Positions 25,823 through 35,283 of a stretch of DNA of 64,000 nucleotides are shown here, piece by piece; position 1 is the stretch's first letter; every line of letters starts with the position of its first letter. The stretch is from sequence record KM190144, one strand, 5' to 3'. This DNA is from Escherichia phage Av-05. A program made the position numbers and the translations under genes. The notes beneath the pieces were generated by a model. The model was given only the letters and a program-made list of their open reading frames with translations, had not been told where the DNA came from and did not search any database.

Positions 25823-25876
25823 TAACGTGACTGGAAGGCCGTAACTGGCATGGCCTGATTTGAAAGGTGAATTAAT

Positions 25877-26077
25877 ATGAAACGTTTTACTTATGGCGTT
25901 GTTGGCGGTTCTGTTTCAAACCGGTTTTACAATACCGAGCGTGGTGCTAAAAATGCCGCTACCCGTGAACATGGCAATAGTGTGAATTTACAAGTCGGTT
26001 ACATTAGCAAAATTAGCGGTATGTTTATTCCGGTTGCTCAACGCGGTATGTATTGCATAGGCTGGATGCCAATGTAA
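25877..26077 (+). CDS. Hypothetical early protein (66 aa)
   Basis: ORF track; RBS GAAAGGTGAAT. Confidence 0.45.
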   Translation: MKRFTYGVVGGSVSNRFYNTERGAKNAATREHGNSVNLQVGYISKISGMFIPVAQRGMYCIGWMPM

Positions 26078-26092
26078 AAAGGAGTAATAAAA

Positions 26093-26284
26093 ATGGATGT
26101 ACCACAAGTTAGAAAGGTATTAGCAGCGTTACGCTATCACAATTATAGCAAGGTGAAGAATGATCCTGATTATGTTGATTCAAGCCTCGAGGAAGACACA
26201 TTGCAAGCCATAAGCTATATGCAGGAATTGCTTAAGCGTATGACAGAGAAGAATAGATCTGATTATATAGGTGAAGAGATTTAA
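26093..26284 (+). CDS. Hypothetical early protein (63 aa)
   Basis: ORF track; RBS AAAGGAG. Confidence 0.45.
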   Translation: MDVPQVRKVLAALRYHNYSKVKNDPDYVDSSLEEDTLQAISYMQELLKRMTEKNRSDYIGEEI

Positions 26285-26317
26285 TCTCTTACAACCGCAC
26301 AAAGTAAAATCGTACAA

Positions 26318-26344
26318 GGGGCGCATTAAGCGCCCTTTCTTTTT
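26318..26344 (+). terminator. Rho-independent terminator at end of early block
   Basis: GGGGCGC-ATTAA-GCGCCC followed by TTTCTTTTT. Confidence 0.6.
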
Positions 26345-26719
26345 GCCCCAGCAAGTATGATAAGTTTTATCTATCAAAACACCACACAGAACAAAAATGA
26401 ATAAAACGCGGTATCGAGCTAAACGAGGGTGGGCAATACAACGGCAAGGCTAAACACTTAAGGCCGTTACAACGCGATTTAGGCCGCTTAAAATCGATCT
26501 TTACTATAAACAACCTCCACAAAACGACCAAAACGACACAACATGACGTAAATGATAACCATTCTCAATAACATAAGAATTTTTATGCAATTTTAGTGAA
26601 TATCTATTTAAATGATAATGACTCTCAACAACAAACCAACACGACCGAAGCGATTTAATCGCCTATCACAAAATAAACCATTTGTAAAGAACAATTTAAA
26701 AGCTGCGTAGGTGGCGCGA

Positions 26720-26960
26720 CCGTAGGGAGCGACACAATAACGCAGTAGTAACCCCTCCCCCACTCCTTACAGTCGCCCGGTATCGGGGCAGCGTTATTGT
26801 GTCGCTACGCGACAACGCGTTAACAATTTTGCAAGATTTTATTAATAATTTAACTGTTATAATTCCACATAGTCGCTACGCGATTAAGCGCGATGCGCTT
26901 AACCTGCAAAGCAGGCTTCTTTGCAAAATTGTTAACCTACTGCGTTATTGTGTCCGGTAC
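26720..26960. repeat. Inverted and direct repeats built on GCGTTATTGTGTC / GTCGCTACGCGA
   Basis: AGCGACACAATAACGC (about 26729) vs GCGTTATTGTGTCGCT (about 26791), third copy at about 26941; GTCGCTACGCGA twice. Confidence 0.5.
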
Positions 26961-27837
26961 GGATTAGTTACATATGTAACTAACAACTAACGTTGCTAAA
27001 TTGTGTCCATGAATGGATGAGGAATAATATTCCTCCCAGCTATCGCTGCAATATTGTGTTGTAAAACGATTAGCTGAGAATCAGCTAACCCGTGAAACGG
27101 GCTAAATTATTCTCATTAATCCCCCGATTATTCCTCAGTAAATCACTTGTTTATCACGTTTAATCAGCCTGTTTAACAGGCCAGTAATGTGATGATCATT
27201 AACCACGATTATTGTTTGTATTATCCAGAATAAACCGCTTATCATGTTGTTATTATGTTGCCAAGTGCCTGAAATGCCAGATCAATTTGGTCACTGCGTG
27301 ATTATGATTGCGACAATAATTTGTTTGTGATTTGCATCTATTCATAACAAAATTGCTATTATGTTGCTATTCTATTGTTAAACACCCTTTTATCTTTTCC
27401 CTTGCATTTTCGTTATATTTGATTTGTTATCGTTTTCTTTCATTTTGTTTCGTTATTGAAAACAAGAATTATTATCATCTATGTGCCTTAACAGGCTGGC
27501 GGGTCTGTTAGTGGTCTGGTTGTCTGGCCTGTTATTGTTAGCTTGCTTATTGTTGTGTGGTGTATGTATCAGTTAGCTAGTACATTGTGTGGTGCGCATA
27601 ACGTGTATTATGTTAAATCAGGTGGCCCACAAGTAAGGCCGTATGTCAATAGCAATAAGTGCTGTGTGTGGTAGGACTGGCCTATCAGTGTGCCCCTTTG
27701 TTGTGTGATGCTCTCAGTGTGTGACCTGTCTGCTGTGTGCGCTGCGTCAAATCTCGAGCGGTTCTCGATCGCAATAGCTGTAAGATATTTTGTAAAGATT
27801 CGTAGTTTTTCTTGACACCCGCAATCGTCCGTCTAAC

Positions 27838-27893
27838 CCTTCAGAGATAGATCCTTCAGAGATTTATCTGGGCTTTTTACCCTTCAGAGATAG
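27838..27893. repeat. Three tandem copies of CCTTCAGAGAT(A/T)
   Basis: CCCTTCAGAGATAGAT, CCTTCAGAGATTTAT, CCCTTCAGAGATAGAT read directly. Confidence 0.55.
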
Positions 27894-28201
27894 ATACATG
27901 GCAAATTCGCACAAATTTACCACCTGCCATGCCACGTCACTAATCTCGCAAGGATATTTCTGTAAGTGAACCTGCACACAATGCAGCACGCATCTTGTTG
28001 TGTGGGGAGGGTGGGGGTAATAATCAGGAACTGGTCTGACAGTGATAACGCATTGGATAAAACTCTGCGGGGCTTGGTGATGATATTTGTGTGGGTAGAT
28101 GATGATGGATAAGAGATAAGACACTTGTCTCCGACAGGGGTGGGGTGTGGAAAAGAAATGGGCCTGTTGACCCATTGCGATATAGAAATGAAATGGTTAT
28201 C

Positions 28202-28453
28202 TCACCATTGACCAGGTAAACCAATATCAAGACCAAGCTCGTGACATTCATCCCGGTCAAGACTTTGATCCCAGTTTGTAACTGTTCTCTCTGTGTGGTG
28301 GGTGTATGATGCTCTCTGTAACTGCTTTGGCATCTTTTTTGTCTGGGATTTCCCGAAAAGAGGTGTGTTGTCATTAAGCCTTCCGGCAGCCTTTTCACCC
28401 TTTTTGACTTGTCCTCCACGGGCATTCCACTGCTCCAGTGTCCTGTAACACAT
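28202..28453 (-). CDS. Hypothetical protein (83 aa)
   Basis: ORF track; AGGAGA RBS 8 nt upstream. Confidence 0.35.
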   Translation of the reverse strand: MCYRTLEQWNARGGQVKKGEKAAGRLNDNTPLFGKSQTKKMPKQLQRASYTHHTERTVTNWDQSLDRDECHELGLDIGLPGQW

Positions 28454-28847
28454 AAAAGCATTCTCCTGTGATATCTGGTGTAAGGATGATGACAGATTGT
28501 ACCAGAGGTGTCAAGTCTGTTGACCGGAGTGTGTGGGAGGGGGTGTCGCTATAAAAAATTTTTGGAGAGCTTTCCATGACTTATTCTGTAGCTTCAGACA
28601 GGCCATAAACCCAGATGTGACGGGGCTTTCAGCTATGTTGTGTGTTGATCGCAAATAAGGATAAAATAATCAATATAAATGCAGATAAATGTTGTTTTAT
28701 TGTGTTTGTGTAACTGGTGTGTCATGTCTTGACAGGTTATGACCTGTACATATTTTGTACAATTGTGTGGTGTGCAAAGTTTGGGTGGGACTTCACCAGA
28801 CGGGGTAGGGTATGGTGGAGAGCAGGGGCATGGTTAGCCCCATATGA

Positions 28848-29171
28848 TCATGGTTGTGTGTCTGTTTGTTTGAACTGGCCCTTTGAACGTATTACATAAC
28901 CACAACCATATTTTCTCAGCCAGACCAGTTCCCATGGGCTATCACTCAGGTTCTTCCTGTTTATCTCTTTTAGTTGGGCGACCGCATCGTCCCATGATGT
29001 GACTTCGAGATAACCGATAAGACTGTCCTCCCCAAAATCTCCGTAATCAAATGTGCATCTGACCTTAGCGATAAACTCTGTCTGTGGATTTTCTGGTTTT
29101 ACAAAAGCCCAGTGAAAGATTTGTTCTGTGCAATGCTCATTAACCCATCTGATTTGTGTGGTCATAATCAC
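28848..29171 (-). CDS. Hypothetical protein (107 aa)
   Basis: ORF track. Confidence 0.45.
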   Translation of the reverse strand: MIMTTQIRWVNEHCTEQIFHWAFVKPENPQTEFIAKVRCTFDYGDFGEDSLIGYLEVTSWDDAVAQLKEINRKNLSDSPWELVWLRKYGCGYVIRSKGQFKQTDTQP

Positions 29172-29174
29172 CTC

Positions 29175-29792
29175 TTATCGTATAATCTCGCCTCGGAAAA
29201 CTGTCCCTTGCTCCTGAAGATGCCTTGTCATGTAGTCTTTAATCCGATCATCAACCCATTTAATACGTTCTGGGTTGGTGTGGCAATTAGCGTTGGCACT
29301 TTCCAACCAGTAAGCCGCTTGGTCTGTGGTAAATGGAAAATTCAATGGGCGACCCGCAGCCACGAATTGTGCTTGCATTTCCCGAAGCAAGCTATCCCTT
29401 TCTCGCCATAACCAACGCCATTCTGCATAAGCCTTCAGATTGTTTTTCAGGCCTGTTTGTTTTGAAAACTTATATCCTAAGTATTCGTCAGGGTCATTGA
29501 GCCATTTCTGGTAAGCCCTGTAAAACTCATACAATTTTTCACTCGAGACTTTTATCTTTGTTGTCTGCATTGGTGGCAGAGGCAGATATGCCCAGTGTGT
29601 TGGTTCACACACAATACGTGTATCATCGTGGTAAGCATACTGAAACACACCTTGCCCAATATGAGCACCAACAAACATCTCTTTTGTGTCTGAGCAGAAC
29701 ACCAGAACATCTACAAAATCTTGTGGTAACTTATCGGAACACATTACCCATGTATCTGTGTTTAATTCCGCAAAAAATTTATTGTCCATACT
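29175..29792 (-). CDS. Hypothetical protein (about 205 aa)
   Basis: Track ORF trimmed to MDNKFF start. Confidence 0.45.
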   Translation of the reverse strand, partial: SMDNKFFAELNTDTWVMCSDKLPQDFVDVLVFCSDTKEMFVGAHIGQGVFQYAYHDDTRIVCEPTHWAYLPLPPMQTTKIKVSSEKLYEFYRAYQKWLNDPDEYLGYKFSKQTGLKNNLKAYAEWRWLWRERDSLLREMQAQFVAAGRPLNFPFTTDQAAYWLESANANCHTNPERIKWVDDRIKDYMTRHLQEQGTVFRGEIIR

Positions 29793-30037
29793 TATACCCT
29801 TAAAAATAAGGAAAACAGACAGGCGACCCCACCGAATACCGCGACACAACTTAGAAAAATACTCCACAACCTTTTCCAGCCTTTAACAGCAGCACTTTCC
29901 GAGAGTCCGCAGAGTGCCAACATGAAATTGGAGATTCCAAGAAAGGTCAGTAGTAAATTTAATAGTATATCTGTCATCGGCATCACCCAAACCACATTAC
30001 TATCCCTAATACTACGAAAATAAACCCAAGTAGGCAA
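29792..30037 (-). CDS. Small membrane protein (81 aa)
   Basis: ORF track; two hydrophobic segments. Confidence 0.4.
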   Translation of the reverse strand: MPTWVYFRSIRDSNVVWVMPMTDILLNLLLTFLGISNFMLALCGLSESAAVKGWKRLWSIFLSCVAVFGGVACLFSLFLRV

Positions 30038-30339
30038 AAGGAGGTTATTCTCTCTTTCTTTTTAAACTCTTTTGTTGGGTTGTAATTTTCCTGTTTTAAT
30101 ACAAGATTCTCATCATACCAAGTAATCCGTTGCCCGTTAAGGTTATGATACCGCTTATGAAGCTGCACAGCTTTCTTGGCAATATCTCCTGTTGGGTATG
30201 GGTTTGAGTACATGGCCTCGCCATCATCTGAAACTACTGTTTGATTTATCGCATCGCCATCGTAGTACACTTTCCAGCAGGATTTAGTTATAACCCCGTC
30301 AACCATGTCTTCTATGTGGTATATATTGTACTTGCTCAT
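29983..30339 (-). CDS. Hypothetical protein with C-terminal TM anchor (118 aa)
   Basis: ORF track. Confidence 0.45.
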   Translation of the reverse strand: MSKYNIYHIEDMVDGVITKSCWKVYYDGDAINQTVVSDDGEAMYSNPYPTGDIAKKAVQLHKRYHNLNGQRITWYDENLVLKQENYNPTKEFKKKERITSFCLLGFIFVVLGIVMWFG

Positions 30340-30356
30340 GCGTACTCTTTTATCTC

Positions 30357-30707
30357 CTAGATTGCATCTTTCGATAACCAGCTATTAACAGGAATACTAC
30401 TGAAATCTTTGTGCCACCGATGGGGCTTGTGCCCCTCCCTATGGTCAAGGGGGCATATGTCCTCTGGCACTTTAAAATGAATGCCTTCGATATCGTAGTA
30501 GTTTCCATCTATAAGGGTGTAGACGTGCCCTTGTATCCTGCTATAGCATATCTGCGCTTGTGGGAAAATGTGTTTAAGTACTAATGCCACTTGGTAGCAC
30601 TTCCCATTCTGACCAATCCACACACTATCCACTTGTGGTGGGAAAATATCTCTGATTTTTCTTATCAGAGATGTTATATGGTTTTCTACACAACCTGCCA
30701 TACTCAT
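30357..30707 (-). CDS. Hypothetical protein (116 aa)
   Basis: ORF track. Confidence 0.45.
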   Translation of the reverse strand: MSMAGCVENHITSLIRKIRDIFPPQVDSVWIGQNGKCYQVALVLKHIFPQAQICYSRIQGHVYTLIDGNYYDIEGIHFKVPEDICPLDHREGHKPHRWHKDFSSIPVNSWLSKDAI

Positions 30708-30979
30708 CGCCTTGCTTTTAGCAGTGCCTTGAAAAATTTTCTCGCTGCTTTTTCTGCCTGTCCTTTACGAGAAAACTCGTTCTCTCTGAATCTCCATTTT
30801 CCCGTATCTTCATCCTTCCAGACTTCTGCGTTAAGGAAATCAAGAATATTATCTGGAATCAATTCAATATCCTCATCTGTAAACCAATATTTTATAACCC
30901 CGTTATAGACTTCCCGGAGGTACTCTCTACGGTCATTGCCAGAAATCATACTTTTCCCTGATAGCTGCTCCCAGTCCAA
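30704..30979 (-). CDS. Hypothetical protein (91 aa)
   Basis: ORF track; overlap-coupled. Confidence 0.4.
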   Translation of the reverse strand: MDWEQLSGKSMISGNDRREYLREVYNGVIKYWFTDEDIELIPDNILDFLNAEVWKDEDTGKWRFRENEFSRKGQAEKAARKFFKALLKARR

Positions 30980-31121
30980 TACCGATAACTAATAATATTG
31001 CCACAGTGAGCAACCAAAAGAGATAGGCATTTCCAAAGATGGTCATTGGAAACACAACAACAAACAAAACAAGCAGTACGACAGGAACCCCGACACACAA
31101 ATTCTTCAGCACTTCCTTCAT
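30933..31121 (-). CDS. Small membrane protein (62 aa)
   Basis: ORF track; hydrophobic. Confidence 0.35.
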   Translation of the reverse strand: MKEVLKNLCVGVPVVLLVLFVVVFPMTIFGNAYLFWLLTVAILLVIGIGLGAAIREKYDFWQ

Positions 31122-31123
31122 AA

Positions 31124-31444
31124 TTACAAACTATCCTCCTTCTTTGGCAATGGCATAAAACTTGGCGGTAATTCACCACCTAATGACCAACGTAGAAGGT
31201 AATTATATCCTGGGAGTCTCTTTATACCCCCTTCTCCTTTATACACCCACGGAACAAGCGTAGATTCAAATTTTCTCTTGCCTGTCTTTGACTCGTACAA
31301 TAGCCACATACCTTGGGTATTGGTTCCTGTATCCGTCCAATTTATCTGCCACTCTGATGTTCCCACTAATTCGAAATTGTCTGTTTCTTTCTTTTTCTTA
31401 AGCCATCCAAACATCACTCTATCCTCACTGATACGTAACGCCAT
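31124..31444 (-). CDS. Hypothetical protein (106 aa)
   Basis: ORF track. Confidence 0.45.
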   Translation of the reverse strand: MALRISEDRVMFGWLKKKKETDNFELVGTSEWQINWTDTGTNTQGMWLLYESKTGKRKFESTLVPWVYKGEGGIKRLPGYNYLLRWSLGGELPPSFMPLPKKEDSL

Positions 31445-31571
31445 GTTCTTTTGTAATATTCTACAGTTTCCTTCAGTTTGTCAAGAGGAACTTTAGTTTT
31501 CAACACCCACCAGTTTCCCAAGTATTCGGTAGAACATGCACTCATCCTGCCACATATGGTATACGTTGCCA

Positions 31572-31772
31572 TTACATCCTCCACGTTAGTTTCTGAGCAA
31601 TCTCTAACAGGGCATCTATCTTGTGCATATACTCTTTCCTTTTCTCACTGCCAGGAGGGAATTGGTCTCTCGTTTGCATCAAGGTTTTTATCTCTCCAGA
31701 CAGATGATTAAGGATCTCAACGCGCTCACGTTTTCGACCTAGTTGCTCAATTTCTTTATCACGACAATTCAT
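31572..31772 (-). CDS. Hypothetical protein (66 aa)
   Basis: ORF track. Confidence 0.4.
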   Translation of the reverse strand: MNCRDKEIEQLGRKRERVEILNHLSGEIKTLMQTRDQFPPGSEKRKEYMHKIDALLEIAQKLTWRM

Positions 31773-31788
31773 AATGCGCCCTACAGTG

Positions 31789-31816
31789 TTGTCAAACTAT
31801 GAAAGTATGATAATAT
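31789..31816 (+). promoter_or_regulatory. Sigma70-like promoter (TTGTCA-16-TAATAT)
   Basis: Motif reading upstream of 31852 gene. Confidence 0.5.
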
Positions 31817-31851
31817 ATGGTGCAACAACTTACAATAGCAGGAGACGATTA

Positions 31852-32058
31852 ATGACTGTGAAAATACCTAAAGGTGGCAGACCAGATAGAAATGCATGTG
31901 ACATGCGTGTAAGAGTAGGGAGAATGTGCCTAATTTATGGAATAACTTATCCACCAATGGTGCGGCTTAATGGTAAAATATGTAAGGTCATCGACATACC
32001 AAAAGATAACACAACACGCTTCTTGTGCAAGGTTAAAGATGAAGAGAAGGGTTTTTAA
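31852..32058 (+). CDS. Hypothetical protein (about 68 aa), lone plus-strand gene in minus-strand block
   Basis: Track ORF trimmed to ATG after AGGAGA. Confidence 0.45.
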   Translation: MTVKIPKGGRPDRNACDMRVRVGRMCLIYGITYPPMVRLNGKICKVIDIPKDNTTRFLCKVKDEEKGF

Positions 32059-32136
32059 CATCCCACACAAAAACCTAACAGTTTTGGATCTTAATGACAA
32101 CATTGTTATCTCCAGATACAGAGATAGCCACTGAAA

Positions 32137-32169
32137 ATAAAAAAGGCCAAGAGAAATCTTGGCCTTTTT
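32137..32169. terminator. Bidirectional rho-independent terminator
   Basis: A-run, hairpin GGCCAAGA-GAAA-TCTTGGCC, T-run; between convergent genes. Confidence 0.6.
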
Positions 32170-32495
32170 CTGGGTAAAAATACCCTTTTACTTTTGGTAG
32201 GTACTTAAAATAAATGTCTTACTATAGCACAAAGATATTTTTCAAAATGCTACAACTCGACCTTATCATCGACCTATAGATGCTTGCCTTCAGCACAACA
32301 CAAGTGTTAACGAATGTTGCGAGTTGACTACACATCGGTCTTCAGGTGCTTCTTTCGGCTATCTATTACTAGACAAAATCCGTCACCATGAACATCTGGC
32401 CTTTAAAATACAAAGCGGAGAGTTCTTATACTTACCAAACATAAATCTTTAATATAAGTATACCATACTCTCTATCATAATGCAACAGCCTATGT

Positions 32496-33215
32496 TTATT
32501 CAAAATCATCAACACCGCTATCGGTAAGGTTTTCTCTGCTCGAGGGTTTTGTTGAAAGAACTTGCTCAAGCAGAGAGGAGAATTTCTGCAAATTGCTTAC
32601 AGAAGAAGTTCCTGTTGCCATGGCAAGCATATCCACTTCTTTTTCGGTAGGTTGCGTCCAGTCTAGAAACATCTCTTTCATGTACAACGTTGATGTCCCT
32701 ATTGGTGTGGCGTGGTCAACCCTATCAGCATAGACCCAGAAAAGAACTTCTTTCTCTATACATACACACAAAGCAGCACCCAACGAGTATCCTGTAACGA
32801 GGATCTCGACATTCAGGTCATCCCAGTGAAATACAACACCCAAACACTTCATACCCACAATGTCTTCCACTGCGGGTTTTAGCTCCTCATGGGAAGAAAG
32901 GGAGTCATAGTTAATATTCTTTATGAATTTAAGAACGTCTTGGCTGTTGTAGACGCAATCACTATCTCCTTGCTTCCAGTAACCCCAAAATGAAGTCGAC
33001 AAATTCAACCAAAAACTTGCAGTTGTCCCTAATGTCTCAGCCAGTTTTTCAGCCACATCCTCTGTTACTTCTTCCATGTTATATAGGATAGTTCTTAACT
33101 TATTTACAGGTATACCAGATCTGTCGGCAAGATCATCCACACACCAACCTAATGGATCCAGATATTCGTGGATAATAACCTCACCTGGTGACGCTGGTGC
33201 TCTTTCTTTCTGCAT
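32496..33215 (-). CDS. HigA-like HTH (XRE-family antitoxin-type) domain fused to an about 170-aa C-terminal domain of unknown function
   Basis: N-terminal GEVIIHEYLDPLGWCVDDLADRSGIPVNKLRTIL...LAETLGTTASFWLNLSTSFW resembles the HigA/VapI HTH signature (...SxxFWLNLQ); start trimmed to ATG after AAGGGGAAAG. Confidence 0.55.
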   Translation of the reverse strand: MQKERAPASPGEVIIHEYLDPLGWCVDDLADRSGIPVNKLRTILYNMEEVTEDVAEKLAETLGTTASFWLNLSTSFWGYWKQGDSDCVYNSQDVLKFIKNINYDSLSSHEELKPAVEDIVGMKCLGVVFHWDDLNVEILVTGYSLGAALCVCIEKEVLFWVYADRVDHATPIGTSTLYMKEMFLDWTQPTEKEVDMLAMATGTSSVSNLQKFSSLLEQVLSTKPSSRENLTDSGVDDFE

Positions 33216-33268
33216 TCTTTCCCCTTTTTCTCTACCAGAAAACCCTGCAAAGCAGGGTTTTGTTACTA

Positions 33269-33472
33269 TCAGCATTTAGGCGAGCATTTATCGCACGGGC
33301 ATGAAATGCCGTGGAAACACAAACCTGTTCCGTCTTTCTTGACCCCTGTCCCACCACATTGGGGACAACTATCGTGTAAGCATTTTGTTTTTGTTGTCTC
33401 CTCTTCATCTTTATTAAAGAGGTTTTTCATAATCATTTTCTGTTGTTCAATCGTAAACATTTGCGTCCCCAA
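33269..33472 (-). CDS. Small Cys-rich zinc-ribbon protein (67 aa) with DnaJ-type CxxCxGxG motif
   Basis: CPQCGGTG and additional Cys pairs (CFHGISCPCDKCSPKC). Confidence 0.5.
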   Translation of the reverse strand: MGTQMFTIEQQKMIMKNLFNKDEEETTKTKCLHDSCPQCGGTGVKKDGTGLCFHGISCPCDKCSPKC

Positions 33473-33753
33473 AATCTTTCAAGTGCTTCTGCCTCTTCCA
33501 TGTTTGGGAAGATACCATAGAAACAGAACTTACCTTTAGAGAAGTACGGAATAAATACCTGCCCATCAGATGTTTGAAACATCTTGTCAAAATTTGGTAG
33601 CTTCAGGTGGGATTTTATAGCCTCTTTAATACTTTTATCCCATTGATGCTGCCATTTACAGACTTTTAGGTACTCACTAATATTGTAAGAACCTACTCTC
33701 CCCACAATACTGGAAAGAAACTTTTTATTTTTACGAATAATCTTCTTTTTCAC
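33433..33753 (-). CDS. Hypothetical protein (106 aa), paralog pair member
   Basis: N-terminus MKKKIIRKNKKFLSS resembles upstream paralog MKKKLVRRNKLFLSKS. Confidence 0.45.
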   Translation of the reverse strand: MKKKIIRKNKKFLSSIVGRVGSYNISEYLKVCKWQHQWDKSIKEAIKSHLKLPNFDKMFQTSDGQVFIPYFSKGKFCFYGIFPNMEEAEALERFWGRKCLRLNNRK

Positions 33754-34036
33754 TCAAAGACCTCGTCTCTTCAAACTGCTCTGGTGTCAATAAACTTGTT
33801 CCTACACGACTGCCATTACCACACATAATGGGCACGGCAATCATGTGGCTATCCTTTTCTGCATTACTTAAATCAAGGTACTGCCCATAACGTTTAATAA
33901 GTCGATGTTTCATTTTTGACTTAGCAAAAGCCCTCTCATTATAGAGATAATCCTCAAGGTACAAATGCATTGCGTTTGCGGATTTTAAGGATTTCGATAA
34001 GAATAATTTATTACGCCGTACCAGTTTTTTCTTCAT
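33731..34036 (-). CDS. Hypothetical protein (101 aa), paralog pair member
   Basis: ORF track; shared N-terminal motif with 33433-33753. Confidence 0.45.
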   Translation of the reverse strand: MKKKLVRRNKLFLSKSLKSANAMHLYLEDYLYNERAFAKSKMKHRLIKRYGQYLDLSNAEKDSHMIAVPIMCGNGSRVGTSLLTPEQFEETRSLSEKEDYS

Positions 34037-34229
34037 GCAACCCTCGCTTGTGCCTGTACATTGCTAAGGGCCATACAGAACTCACTATAAAGCATTTCCA
34101 TGCCCAGCCCCATGCAGTTTTTGGTGCATATACCTGCTCAAGTATTTTACTATTCTCCATCTCTGCGGTATGTACAAACCATACAGCAATATACAATGTA
34201 ACTATAATGTAGATAAAGCCATTAATCAT
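34011..34229 (-). CDS. Small membrane protein (72 aa)
   Basis: ORF track; hydrophobic N-terminal half. Confidence 0.35.
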   Translation of the reverse strand: MINGFIYIIVTLYIAVWFVHTAEMENSKILEQVYAPKTAWGWAWKCFIVSSVWPLAMYRHKRGLHEEKTGTA

Positions 34230-35283
34230 TCATCTTATCCCAGCACATTTGTTGCGCTGTCATCAAAACATCGGCAGCAAAGTTAAGATCTGTTGTCTTC
34301 GGTAAATGCGTGTTCTTGTACAGAGTGTTACGAATATAATCATCCTTCTCTTCTGCCCAAGCCAAGAGCTTCTCCAAAGACCATGCACCATTCCTGATTG
34401 CAAGAAGCTCCTGAGCATCAGGTCTTTTTACTAAGACTTTACCTTCTGCTAAGATCTCCTCAGCCATACGCATCAATCTTACCAAATGGAGGGCATGTTT
34501 GCAATCGTACCCGTACTTTTCTTCTAACTCATGCCGGACCGGATTTCTGTTTTCAACCCATGCCCAGTAGTTCTTATGCTTTTCCTTCGCTTGTTTATGG
34601 TCATCTGCCAGATATTTAACGATTAAAATTGGCTTACGTTTCTTATCCTCGTCAGAGAACTGCTCGTATGGAACTTTACGAATAGAACCATCAGAGTTAA
34701 ACAAACCAGCGTTGTCATGTGTACCAATCACACCATAGATATTATCACCCATCGGCAAAAAGACACACAACTTATTAAGGTCATCCAGCATTTTCTGGAA
34801 GTCTTTATGTTTTGTAAGATTATCATCCATCCACGAGTGTGTCAAGCGCATGAACTCTTTTTGTGTTGGTTGCTCTTTAGGTTGCGGGTTATTAATCCAT
34901 TTATTATGGCCTTTGATACGCTTAAGTTGCGCCATCGCGTACCCAGAAAATGTAAAAGCAACTTTGCTTGATAGAAGTTTTGGCGCTTGCTCGCGTAGGT
35001 ACTCGTAAACATCTGAAGTTTGCAGAATGTCACCTCTATCAACAAACATAAGCTCGATAATGTTTGGGTTCATATCAACGAACAGCTTCATATAGTTTGT
35101 TAGCTCATACAGCTTACCATCCTCTTCATCAATAAGAGTCATCTCCCTGTCAACGAAAAATGGGGTAAGAATGCTTTTAGGCTCTGCACAATAAATTCCG
35201 CGAATATCCACATCGGATGTTGGCAAGTTAGTTCCATAGGCAATACTGCCGGAGTAACAACGCATTAGTTCTAGTTTCTTCAT
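34222..35283 (-). CDS. Nucleotidyltransferase-fold (Pol-beta superfamily) protein (353 aa)
   Basis: Classic motif GSIAYGTNLPTSDVDIRGIY (GSx(9-13)DhDh) at N-terminus, helical C-terminal domain. Confidence 0.6.
   Translation of the reverse strand: MKKLELMRCYSGSIAYGTNLPTSDVDIRGIYCAEPKSILTPFFVDREMTLIDEEDGKLYELTNYMKLFVDMNPNIIELMFVDRGDILQTSDVYEYLREQAPKLLSSKVAFTFSGYAMAQLKRIKGHNKWINNPQPKEQPTQKEFMRLTHSWMDDNLTKHKDFQKMLDDLNKLCVFLPMGDNIYGVIGTHDNAGLFNSDGSIRKVPYEQFSDEDKKRKPILIVKYLADDHKQAKEKHKNYWAWVENRNPVRHELEEKYGYDCKHALHLVRLMRMAEEILAEGKVLVKRPDAQELLAIRNGAWSLEKLLAWAEEKDDYIRNTLYKNTHLPKTTDLNFAADVLMTAQQMCWDKMND

Noticed and set aside
27864-28899. Track ORFs in the G+T-rich noncoding region (27864-28175, 28024-28461, 28395-28577, 28717-28899)
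   Set aside because: Mutually overlapping in different frames, biased composition (His/Pro/Trp/Cys-rich translations), no RBS; only 28202-28453 with an AGGAGA RBS is kept, at low confidence.
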